A stretch of DNA of 64,000 nucleotides, from NCBI GenBank assembly GCA_965198235.1, contig OZ240248.1:4544001-4608000 (forward strand). The letters run 5' to 3'. The notes under the pieces are model-generated. The model saw only the letters and a program-made list of their open reading frames with translations, ran no database searches and was not told the origin of the DNA. Source of the DNA: Candidatus Poribacteria bacterium (GTDB lineage: Bacteria; Poribacteria; WGA-4E; WGA-3G). Of the stretch, positions 1 through 8,464 are shown one piece after another (positions within the stretch are counted from its first letter, which is position 1; every line of letters begins with the position of its first letter). Both the position numbers and the translations under genes were made by a program.

Positions 1-439
1 CTGCTCGGTGTGCAATAAAACAGGCACCGTCACGCGCTTTACCTAATGTGCCATCGACACTACGAGTGCCTTCGGGAAATATCAGCACAGCGTTACCAGT
101 TTGCAAAAGCGAAATAGTCCGCCGCAACGCCCCTAAGTCAGGGGCATCTCTATTTACAGGGTAGGCATTATAGGCTGAGATGAGTTTCCCTAAGCCGGGA
201 ATGTCGAATGCATTACTTCGCGCCATATAATGAATCTCGCGGTTGGCGGCAGAACCAACGACAACTGGGTCAAGAAAGCTGACGTGATTTGAGACGAGCA
301 GCACCCCGCCCTCTCTCGGAATATGGTGAACGCCTTGCGCTTCGAGATGTCCCATTGTTTTACAGAAAAGGCTTGTAAGTCGATGACCCCATCGATAGAC
401 CGCACGGGATGTCCAAAACTGATTATTGGTATACCACAT
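1..439 (-). CDS. plsC: 1-acyl-sn-glycerol-3-phosphate acyltransferase (3' part runs off window)
   Basis: Manual translation from ATG 439: MWYTNNQFW...VLLVSNHVSFLDP...VLIFPEGTRS; NHxxxxD and FPEGTR acyltransferase motifs; follows cmk as usual. Confidence 0.9.
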   Translation of the reverse strand, partial: MWYTNNQFWTSRAVYRWGHRLTSLFCKTMGHLEAQGVHHIPREGGVLLVSNHVSFLDPVVVGSAANREIHYMARSNAFDIPGLGKLISAYNAYPVNRDAPDLGALRRTISLLQTGNAVLIFPEGTRSVDGTLGKARDGACFIAHRA

Positions 440-448
440 AAAAAATAC

Positions 449-500
449 CGGGGTTGCAAACCCCTCCTACAAATATCGGGGTTACAAACCCCTCCTACAA
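449..500 (-). repeat. Tandem pair of GTAG-type REP-like palindromes (28-bp period)
   Basis: cggggttgcaaacccctcctacaa (449-472) and cggggttacaaacccctcctacaa (477-500); on the minus strand GTAG followed by a GGGGTT..AACCCC hairpin. Confidence 0.85.
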
Positions 501-1175
501 TTACTGCTCGTTTGCCCACACCTGTGCGACAATCAAATCAACCACTTCTTCAATCGTTTTATCGGTCGTATCAATAACAATCGCATCGTCAGCAGCACGC
601 AGCGGACTGTGTTCTCGCGTTATATCTTTTTCATCGCGCTCGCGAATCTCTGCTTCAACCGCTGCTAACGTTGCCTCTTCGTTTTGTGCTTGGAGGTCGG
701 CAAGTTTACGTTTTGCACGCTCCGTCATAGAAGCGTCAAGATAGAACTTAAAATCGGCGTTCGGAAAAACGATGGTCGTCAAATCTCTACCTTCAGCGAT
801 GATGCTTCCTTCGGCACCGATCCGCTGTTGATGGTTCACAATTTCACGACGAATCTCTGGGATTTTCGCGACATCTGCGACCAATCTGTTGACTGCTGGC
901 GTTCGGATCTGTTTGGACACATCTTCGGCATTGAGCAGAATCGTTCTACCGTTATCCGTGAATTCGATATGACACGCTTTCACGCGGTCGATGAGTTTCG
1001 GGCTATCCGCCGCAAGTCCTTCCTCTATCGCCAACAGTGTCACTGCTCGGTACATTGCCCCGGAATCGAGATAAAGCAGTCCGAGTTTTTCTGCGACCCG
1101 TCGAGCCACCGTGCTTTTCCCAGACCCGGCGGGTCCATCCATCGCAATCGTCACCTGAGATCCAGTTTCTTTCAT
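501..1175 (-). CDS. cmk: Cytidylate kinase
   Basis: IAMDGPAGSGKST P-loop, YLDSGAMYR, EGRD, RDEKD..R..SPL motifs. Confidence 0.97.
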   Translation of the reverse strand: MKETGSQVTIAMDGPAGSGKSTVARRVAEKLGLLYLDSGAMYRAVTLLAIEEGLAADSPKLIDRVKACHIEFTDNGRTILLNAEDVSKQIRTPAVNRLVADVAKIPEIRREIVNHQQRIGAEGSIIAEGRDLTTIVFPNADFKFYLDASMTERAKRKLADLQAQNEEATLAAVEAEIRERDEKDITREHSPLRAADDAIVIDTTDKTIEEVVDLIVAQVWANEQ

Positions 1176-2080
1176 GCGCCTCCTAATACTTTTCTGCGCT
1201 TTTCGACGATAACTTGTGCCTCCAGAAGTACACGTTCAATCTCGACAAGGTTATCGGTCTGAAGCATGGTCTTGAATTCAGCTAAGTTGTCAACGATGTC
1301 ATCAATGAGTGATAAAAGGACATCTCTGTTCTGGGTGAAAATGCCGGCCCACAGGTCTGGTGAACCCGCCGCGATACGGGTAGAATCCCGAAAGCCGGTC
1401 GCCGTAAAGTCCAATGCTTTATGATGCTCGATTTCCACATTCGCAACAGTATTGGCAAGCAAACTGGCAATGAGATGCGGTAGATGGCTTGCGGCACCGA
1501 TGAGCAGATCGTGGATTTCAGGAGAGAGGAGATGTGGGACTGCTCCGACAAATTCCCACAGATTTTTAACCCGTTGTAGGGAATCCGAATCAGTGTTTTC
1601 TGTGGGTGTCAAAATACAGGTGGCGTTTTCAAAAAGTGTCGCCCGCGCTGCGCTGACTCCGGTTTCGTGGGAGCCTGCCATCGGATGTGCACCTACAAAC
1701 GAAAGGACATCCGACTCCTGTTCCCTCAGCTGTGCCTCGACCGTCTGCACTAACACCGATTTCGTACTGCCCACGTCCGTCAACACCATGCGTTGCTGCT
1801 GCCCATCAACAACTTCAACGATACACTCGACTAACACTGGGACCAGCTCAACAGGGGTGCACAGGACGACAAGGTCGCTTCCGCGCAGCCCTTCCGCCAC
1901 CTCTGTCGTAACCGCATCAACCGCATCGTATTGGAGTGCTTTTTCAAGCCTGCCGATGTTGCGTCCCAATCCGACACGTTGACCTTGAAATCCATTCTTT
2001 TTCAGGGCGAGTCCAAGCGACCCTCCGATTAAACCGACACCCCATATTGTAATTCGACGAAGCTGTTGTATCTGTCCCAT
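1172..2080 (-). CDS. tyrA: Prephenate/arogenate dehydrogenase
   Basis: GVGLIGGS Rossmann, DVGSTK, HPMAGS, HD...SHLPH, GFRDSTRIA motifs. Confidence 0.95.
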   Translation of the reverse strand: MGQIQQLRRITIWGVGLIGGSLGLALKKNGFQGQRVGLGRNIGRLEKALQYDAVDAVTTEVAEGLRGSDLVVLCTPVELVPVLVECIVEVVDGQQQRMVLTDVGSTKSVLVQTVEAQLREQESDVLSFVGAHPMAGSHETGVSAARATLFENATCILTPTENTDSDSLQRVKNLWEFVGAVPHLLSPEIHDLLIGAASHLPHLIASLLANTVANVEIEHHKALDFTATGFRDSTRIAAGSPDLWAGIFTQNRDVLLSLIDDIVDNLAEFKTMLQTDNLVEIERVLLEAQVIVEKRRKVLGGA

Positions 2081-2203
2081 AGTTAAGTCTCGAAAACCTT
2101 CAATCTACGAAATATCGCGGCACACCTGATAGGTAGAAATCTTACTATATTCTAAGGGAATCCACGACTCTTTGTCAAGTGAAAATCGGTGGATGCAGTT
2201 TTT

Positions 2204-4114
2204 TCACCAGATAAAGCGATACATTGGCTTCTCCATGAAAATGCCGAGAAGTCCCCAGACACTCCCTACCAAGAATTCACCCAAAATCAGCCCTAAAAAG
2301 AACGGTGCGACCCGCCGAAACGTCCGCACACCACCGAAACGCAGAATCGCTAACTTGATGAAATAACTGATGAAAACCGAAAACCAGAAAAAGTTCACCG
2401 CCCACGTCCCGGAGATGGCATATCCAATCGGATACAGGGGCCACCAGAAAAAGCGGAGCCGAACCAAAGTAAGACCGAACGCGAACAGAAGCCCACAAAC
2501 CATCGCAATCAACGACGGAATGTTCACAGGCATCGGGTTCGTCAGCCAATTCTGGGTGCGGTTGAACACAGAACCCGACCAGACCTCTATCGCACCACTT
2601 TCATAACCGAGATGCAGCGCGCCCCAAAACGCTGCGAAAGGACTTAGTACCATCGCGAGGAGCATCGCGACGGCAATCCGCCGTGTAGAATTACGCGACC
2701 GTTCCGCCAATTTTAAGCCCTCTAACTGATGCGGCATCGTATTGCCCCGATACGCACGGTTGAAGCAGAATATCAGCGAAAACAGTGCCAGATTCTGTCC
2801 GCCGAGCCGTCGCATCCCAAACATTTTAGGGAGTAAGACATCGGGTCCCATAGAGCGTAAATCGTGAATCGGCGGACCCAGCTCGGCACGGACACGCGTA
2901 ATCACGGTCACCGTCGTTAGATGGATAGCAAAGACGAGCACCGCAACCCAGAAAGACATCCCCGCAACCCACCAAAAACCGGTGAGGAGCAGAAACCCAC
3001 AGATTAACCCTAACACCGCAGTGCGATAGGCCATCGGTTCGTTGGAGTCCGTTTTTCTGTTTCCATGCCATGCCTGCCTAAGGACATTCCGCAAATGGTC
3101 CCGTGCACTCCACAACGCCATGCCCAAGACACCGACACAAACCCCGAAGGATTGGTCAAAGATGAACGGGAACCCCGGAATCCGCTGCAATCCAGCGATA
3201 CTCCCGAAGATCATTTCAAACTTCCAGAAGATATAGAAAAACCAGAACGTAAACGAAAGGTCCAACGGGATAAAATACGCCATCCCGACAACGAAGGGAA
3301 AGAAAACGATTGGCGTCCAGCCAATCGCATTCCACGGTTTCGTCGTAAACAGTGGACGCAGATCATAGAACTCACCACCGAGTCCCGGAAAGTTTGGGAA
3401 TAGAAAATGCAGTCCGTTAACCACATCTATCCCACCCGCGAGGATGATGCCGACCCACAACGGTTTTGAGCGGAAGAAACGCACCGTTGTCATCTGATAC
3501 GGCAACTCAATAATCGGATAGCTGAGCCGTTCAACTTCAATCCACTGCCTTCTTAGCATAACGTTGATGCAAAACGTCGTGAACAGCAGAACGATGATAA
3601 ACCCGCTCCACGCAAGCACAGGTCGCCACCACAACTCAAGGTGCGGACGCAGATAGAGGCTGGACTCCCCTGTAAAATAGACAGTCAAATGGTTCTTATC
3701 CGTCAAGGCGAGCCAGTCTGGAAGATAGCGGTGGAAAAGCGTGCCCCACTCATTCTCCTCTGTCGCCAACCAACCGACCGTAGCGATATTCGTGATAATC
3801 ACCTCAAACAGGTCATGTCCACAGATAGCGGATGCTACAGAAAGCATTGCGTAGAGCGTCAGCAATTCGCCTTGGGTGAGTGCGGCGCGTGGTGCGAACC
3901 GATGAAGGATCGTATTGAGAGCTATCAGGATGACGAGTGCGAAGATGGTATTGAAAAAGAGGGACATCGTCGTCGGGAACCCTTGGTCCCAACGCAGCGA
4001 TGCGAAGACCCAATAGTTATTGAAGGGAATCAGCGCGAGCCCCAGCCAAATAATCCGCCAACGGATTTTCCGACGAGAAGGAGACGTAGAGAGGGCAGGC
4101 GAGTGTTGCTGCAT
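2204..4114 (-). CDS. Polytopic membrane protein, DUF6785/DUF6784-like (OPT-like putative transporter)
   Basis: 636 aa, many TM helices, RRQWIEVERLSYPI, RVRAELG and WWPLYPIGY motifs recalled from this family. Confidence 0.7.
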   Translation of the reverse strand: MQQHSPALSTSPSRRKIRWRIIWLGLALIPFNNYWVFASLRWDQGFPTTMSLFFNTIFALVILIALNTILHRFAPRAALTQGELLTLYAMLSVASAICGHDLFEVIITNIATVGWLATEENEWGTLFHRYLPDWLALTDKNHLTVYFTGESSLYLRPHLELWWRPVLAWSGFIIVLLFTTFCINVMLRRQWIEVERLSYPIIELPYQMTTVRFFRSKPLWVGIILAGGIDVVNGLHFLFPNFPGLGGEFYDLRPLFTTKPWNAIGWTPIVFFPFVVGMAYFIPLDLSFTFWFFYIFWKFEMIFGSIAGLQRIPGFPFIFDQSFGVCVGVLGMALWSARDHLRNVLRQAWHGNRKTDSNEPMAYRTAVLGLICGFLLLTGFWWVAGMSFWVAVLVFAIHLTTVTVITRVRAELGPPIHDLRSMGPDVLLPKMFGMRRLGGQNLALFSLIFCFNRAYRGNTMPHQLEGLKLAERSRNSTRRIAVAMLLAMVLSPFAAFWGALHLGYESGAIEVWSGSVFNRTQNWLTNPMPVNIPSLIAMVCGLLFAFGLTLVRLRFFWWPLYPIGYAISGTWAVNFFWFSVFISYFIKLAILRFGGVRTFRRVAPFFLGLILGEFLVGSVWGLLGIFMEKPMYRFIW

Positions 4115-4276
4115 AGAGAGCCCCAGTCAAGGTGTGTGTCGTTTTACCCATAAATCGCAACGCCATTATACCCCAGAATTGAACTGTACTCAAGATTTTT
4201 GTTTGCAAAATTAAAGCAGATTTGGTAAAATACCACCAAAACTAACCCTAAAGTAACCTTTTTCTTTCCCAAGCAA

Positions 4277-6448
4277 ATGAACGCTATAAAAGAGGCACAC
4301 TATAACCTCGGTATCGCTTATCTGGAGGCGGGGCAATACAACAGAGCAGTCCCTGAGTTTGAAGCAGCCATAAAGTTGGATGCGGATTTCATTGGGGCAC
4401 ACTGCGCGCTCTGCCGAGCGTATCTCGAACAGGACGAATTAGAGAAAGCAAGCACCTCGGTCACAGCGGCGTTAAAACTCGATGCCACCCACCAACCCGC
4501 GCTGCTGCTGTGTGACACCATAACACACGCATACTACGACAGGGGCAAAGAGTATCTCAACGCCGAACGTTATACAGAAGCCGTTTCCATATTCCAGAAA
4601 GCACTAACCCTTGTCGAAGACTTGGGACGTAGTTCACAGGTTTCCGACATTGAAAATAAGCATATCTATGCACATCTCGGTGCCGCTTACATTGGACTGA
4701 AGACATATCCGAAGGCAATCGATGCATTACAAAACGCGATAGCCTTAGATGCCGATCTCGTCGATGCGCACTACAACCTCGGCTATGCTTACGTCGAACA
4801 GGGGCACTATGACCAAGCGATACCGCACCTTGAACGTGCGATAGCCATCGCTCCGAATCTCAAACGCGCACACTATCACCTTGCGCGCTCACATCGGGAA
4901 TTAGGCAATTTGGAGGCGGCGACACATGCCGTTACAGAGACATTAAGGCTCGACCCCAATTATCAACGCGCGCATGAACTCGCGAACTCGATAAAACAGG
5001 CGCACTACAACAGAGGTATCACCTACCTCAACGATGAACGTTATAGTGAAGCCGTTACAGCCTTTCAGAATGCTATAGCCCTCGATTCCGATTTCACTAC
5101 TGCACACTACAATTTGGGGTTAACCTACCTGAAGATGGAAACCTACCGCCGTGCTGTAGATGCCCTTCAGAAGACGACAACTCTGGATCGTAACTATAAA
5201 GCCGCATATCACGCCCTTGCCCTTGCCTACCTCGGACAACAGGAACTCGGAAAGGCGAGAGATGCCGCGAGAGATGCGTTAGAACTGGACCCAAACTATC
5301 AACCCGCACGTTCGCTTTTGGAAGCGATTGATCCGAGCTTTACCCCCTCTGAGACACAATCTGCCACGCCTTCAGAACCAGCGCAACCTGTAAAGCAACA
5401 GCCAGCTGTGAAACCGAGACAGGAAACACATTATGAACTCGGTATCGCTTACAAGGACTCGAAAATGTATACAGAGGCGATTACGGAGTTCCAAAAGGTG
5501 ATAGATCTAGATCCTGATTTTACAGCGGCACACGCGAGTTTAGGCGAAGTCTACCTTGAAATGGGACGACTTGATGATGCCGAAAACGCAGCGAATGCGG
5601 CGTTAAAGATTGACGCTAACTCCCAACCTGCGCGCCAACTTTTGGACGATATTAGACGGGTACGGTCAACCCAATCTCCGCAACCAATTGGCACTTCCTC
5701 AAACGTAGCGGATGTAACAAAGCACCACGAACGTGGAGAAGCGTTCCTCAACAATAAGCAATATAACGAAGCCACCGCCGCATTCAAAAGAGCGATAAAG
5801 GCAGATCCGGATTTTGCAGATGCACACTATGGCTTAGGTGTGGCTTATCTGGAAATGGGAGCACTCGATGACGCTAAAACGGCAGCGGAAGAGGCATCAA
5901 GACTCAAAGCCGACCGTCAACTCGTACACGAACTTCTTATAGCGATAAAGGTTGTCGAAAGAAGTCTGCGCAGACGGAGACTTTGGAAAAAAAGACTGTC
6001 CTACGCCGTTGTCTTAGGTGTTATTGCAGTAGTTGCTTTTCTTGTATTCAACCATAAGCCACCGGTCCCTCCACCAGATCCTGATCTTTCGATCGCAGTC
6101 TCTTTAGAGGAACCTTCAGGGAACGGTTTCCTTGATGCTGGCGAGAAGGTTTGTCTCAGGTTAACTATCAGCAATAAGGGAGGTACAGCTCGCAATGTCG
6201 AACTTAGGTTTGAGCCACCATCTATAGCAGGATTGCGTTTTAGAAAACCCACACTGATTCCAGAATTAAAGAAAAATAGTATAGAAACTATTAGGATCCC
6301 TATTACAGCTAATAAGAAAGTGCAAGGACGCAACCAGGCCTTGGAAATCCAACTGTTCGGTGAGAATAGAACACTCCTCGCGACCAAAAACTTCTCTTTC
6401 AAGATTATACCGGCAACACCAGACCCAATACCGCCAAGGAGACGATAA
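4277..6448 (+). CDS. TPR-repeat protein with one TM helix and C-terminal beta-rich (Ig/CARDB-like) domain
   Basis: Many AHYNLG.AY...G...A TPR units; hydrophobic segment YAVVLGVIAVVAFLVF after a basic stretch; EPSGNGFLDAGE..LTISNKG. Confidence 0.85.
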   Translation: MNAIKEAHYNLGIAYLEAGQYNRAVPEFEAAIKLDADFIGAHCALCRAYLEQDELEKASTSVTAALKLDATHQPALLLCDTITHAYYDRGKEYLNAERYTEAVSIFQKALTLVEDLGRSSQVSDIENKHIYAHLGAAYIGLKTYPKAIDALQNAIALDADLVDAHYNLGYAYVEQGHYDQAIPHLERAIAIAPNLKRAHYHLARSHRELGNLEAATHAVTETLRLDPNYQRAHELANSIKQAHYNRGITYLNDERYSEAVTAFQNAIALDSDFTTAHYNLGLTYLKMETYRRAVDALQKTTTLDRNYKAAYHALALAYLGQQELGKARDAARDALELDPNYQPARSLLEAIDPSFTPSETQSATPSEPAQPVKQQPAVKPRQETHYELGIAYKDSKMYTEAITEFQKVIDLDPDFTAAHASLGEVYLEMGRLDDAENAANAALKIDANSQPARQLLDDIRRVRSTQSPQPIGTSSNVADVTKHHERGEAFLNNKQYNEATAAFKRAIKADPDFADAHYGLGVAYLEMGALDDAKTAAEEASRLKADRQLVHELLIAIKVVERSLRRRRLWKKRLSYAVVLGVIAVVAFLVFNHKPPVPPPDPDLSIAVSLEEPSGNGFLDAGEKVCLRLTISNKGGTARNVELRFEPPSIAGLRFRKPTLIPELKKNSIETIRIPITANKKVQGRNQALEIQLFGENRTLLATKNFSFKIIPATPDPIPPRRR

Positions 6449-8373
6449 TGAACGCTAAAATTTGGGGTATCATCGGTGGAGTTGCCTTGGTACTCGCCCT
6501 CCTATCACCCCTTGTATTAGGGAGTGCCCAAAAGGTAGAAAGGCTTTTTGAAGCCGCCGAAGCGTTGTACGAACGCTTGGATTATGAAGCGGCAATCGCA
6601 AAATATAAAGAGGCACTAAAGGAATCAAAAAAGTTCGGTGCGAAAACAGAGCGGATTGACAAGGATTTTACCACCCTCGCTAATCTTAAAATCGCGCGAT
6701 GCTACTACGAACTCGCTGAAGATAGCAGTGATATTGGACACTATCATAACGCACTTACACACATCAGAAAAGTCGTGCTGAAAGCACAAGTCCCTAAACA
6801 TCAGGAAGAACTCACTTATCTCTGGGCAGAAACCCTCTACAAAACCGGAGATATTGATCAAGCGAAGTCTAAATTCCTGCTGCTCATAGAAAAATTTCCA
6901 AATAGTCGCTGGGTGGAGAAAGCACTTTATACTATTGCGGAGATTAACTATCAACAGCAAGACTACGACACAGCACGAGAGACTTTTCAGAGATTCCTTG
7001 CTGAATTTCCACATTCTGAATTTAAGATGGATGTTGAACAGCGTATTATAAAAATTGATCTGTTGTCTGAAAGAAGAAAATCTTCTGAAGAGTCTGATGA
7101 CGATGATCACGACCCCTTTAAGCTTGATGCGGAACTACAAGCCGAAACAATGTACAACAATGCTCGTGCCTTAAAACAGCAGGGGAACGTTAATGCAGCA
7201 CTCCAACGATATATAGATTTTGTCACACAATATCCGGACAGCCAGTATGCTACCAAAGCTTATGTTGATATGGGCGATCTCTATTTCAAGATGCGGGATA
7301 GCAAGAATGCTCGAAACAGTTATGAGAAAGCCTTGGACCGCTTGGTAGAAGAAGATACTGAAGAAGAAAAAAAAGAAATTTACGAGAAATATCAAAGTAC
7401 TTATTTTATACCACAGTATATAAGTGACGATTCTAAGATTGAAGCCCTAACACCTAGAGAAGATAAGGCACTTGTTAAAGCCAATCTTCTTCGAGCACAA
7501 AGACTTTATGCCGAAGCCGCTCAGCAGTATGTATATTCCGCTAACACGAATCCATCTGTTGAAGATGTAGTGTACGCACTCTATTGGGCTGGTAGATGTT
7601 ACCACCACGCAGCCTTGACTGATGTAACATTTTTTAGTAAATCAGTTAATGCTTTCAGAAGACTCATCAACCATTATGCTGACAGTTCACATACAATTGA
7701 AGCCTATTACCACTTAACTCTGGTGTATATAGACTGGGCACAAACACCCGGATATGCATCTGAGTGGGAATCAGTAATCAAAACAGTTGAAGAAGCTAAC
7801 ATGAAATATACCGACAGCGACAATGCCTCCGATCAGCGACTCCTTGGTCGTATGGAGCCGTTCAAAAACAGGGCACTAATAAAGATAAAAAAGCAAGATC
7901 AAACGGAAGATGATTCTCAATCAGAACATGATTCTAAGACCACAGACAAAGAAACGAACTCCTCTAAAAACGATAGAGAAGAGAATCATAAGACCTTTAG
8001 GCAAACTAATGCAGATAGAGAAAAAACGAAAGAAAAACATTATGGACAAGGACTTACTTACCTCAACCAGAATCAATATGCCCAGGCGATCATCCAATTC
8101 CAAAATGCGATAGAACTTGATTCGCAATTTAAAGAAGCACACTGCAACTTGGCAGTTGCTTATATTGAGCAGGGATCATATGAACAGGCGATACCACCCC
8201 TTCAAGAGGCAACCCGTATTGACCCAGATTTCATAGAGGCGTATTTTAACCTCGGCATCGCTTATTTAAGACTTGGTAGATTTGAAGCCGCGAGAAATGC
8301 AGCGAACGCAGCGTTAAACATTAATCCAAATTATGAACCAGCACAAGATCTTTTAGATTCTATTGCAGACTAA
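6448..8373 (+). CDS. TPR-repeat protein with N-terminal signal/TM anchor (BamD/CpoB-like TPRs)
   Basis: N-terminal hydrophobic helix; FPNSRW/FPHSEF/YPDSQY TPR turns; start overlaps the upstream stop (TAATG). Confidence 0.85.
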   Translation: MNAKIWGIIGGVALVLALLSPLVLGSAQKVERLFEAAEALYERLDYEAAIAKYKEALKESKKFGAKTERIDKDFTTLANLKIARCYYELAEDSSDIGHYHNALTHIRKVVLKAQVPKHQEELTYLWAETLYKTGDIDQAKSKFLLLIEKFPNSRWVEKALYTIAEINYQQQDYDTARETFQRFLAEFPHSEFKMDVEQRIIKIDLLSERRKSSEESDDDDHDPFKLDAELQAETMYNNARALKQQGNVNAALQRYIDFVTQYPDSQYATKAYVDMGDLYFKMRDSKNARNSYEKALDRLVEEDTEEEKKEIYEKYQSTYFIPQYISDDSKIEALTPREDKALVKANLLRAQRLYAEAAQQYVYSANTNPSVEDVVYALYWAGRCYHHAALTDVTFFSKSVNAFRRLINHYADSSHTIEAYYHLTLVYIDWAQTPGYASEWESVIKTVEEANMKYTDSDNASDQRLLGRMEPFKNRALIKIKKQDQTEDDSQSEHDSKTTDKETNSSKNDREENHKTFRQTNADREKTKEKHYGQGLTYLNQNQYAQAIIQFQNAIELDSQFKEAHCNLAVAYIEQGSYEQAIPPLQEATRIDPDFIEAYFNLGIAYLRLGRFEAARNAANAALNINPNYEPAQDLLDSIAD

Positions 8374-8464
8374 AGAGTTTGACATAAAATTAATTGGGTG
8401 TCAAAATGTAGTATACGCGAATCCACATTTTTACAAAACAACTACTTAGAAGGAACCGTGCTAT

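Noticed and set aside
449-500. Possible CRISPR array (direct repeats)
   Set aside because: Only two units separated by 4 nt, no spacers, no cas genes; matches the REP-like family instead.
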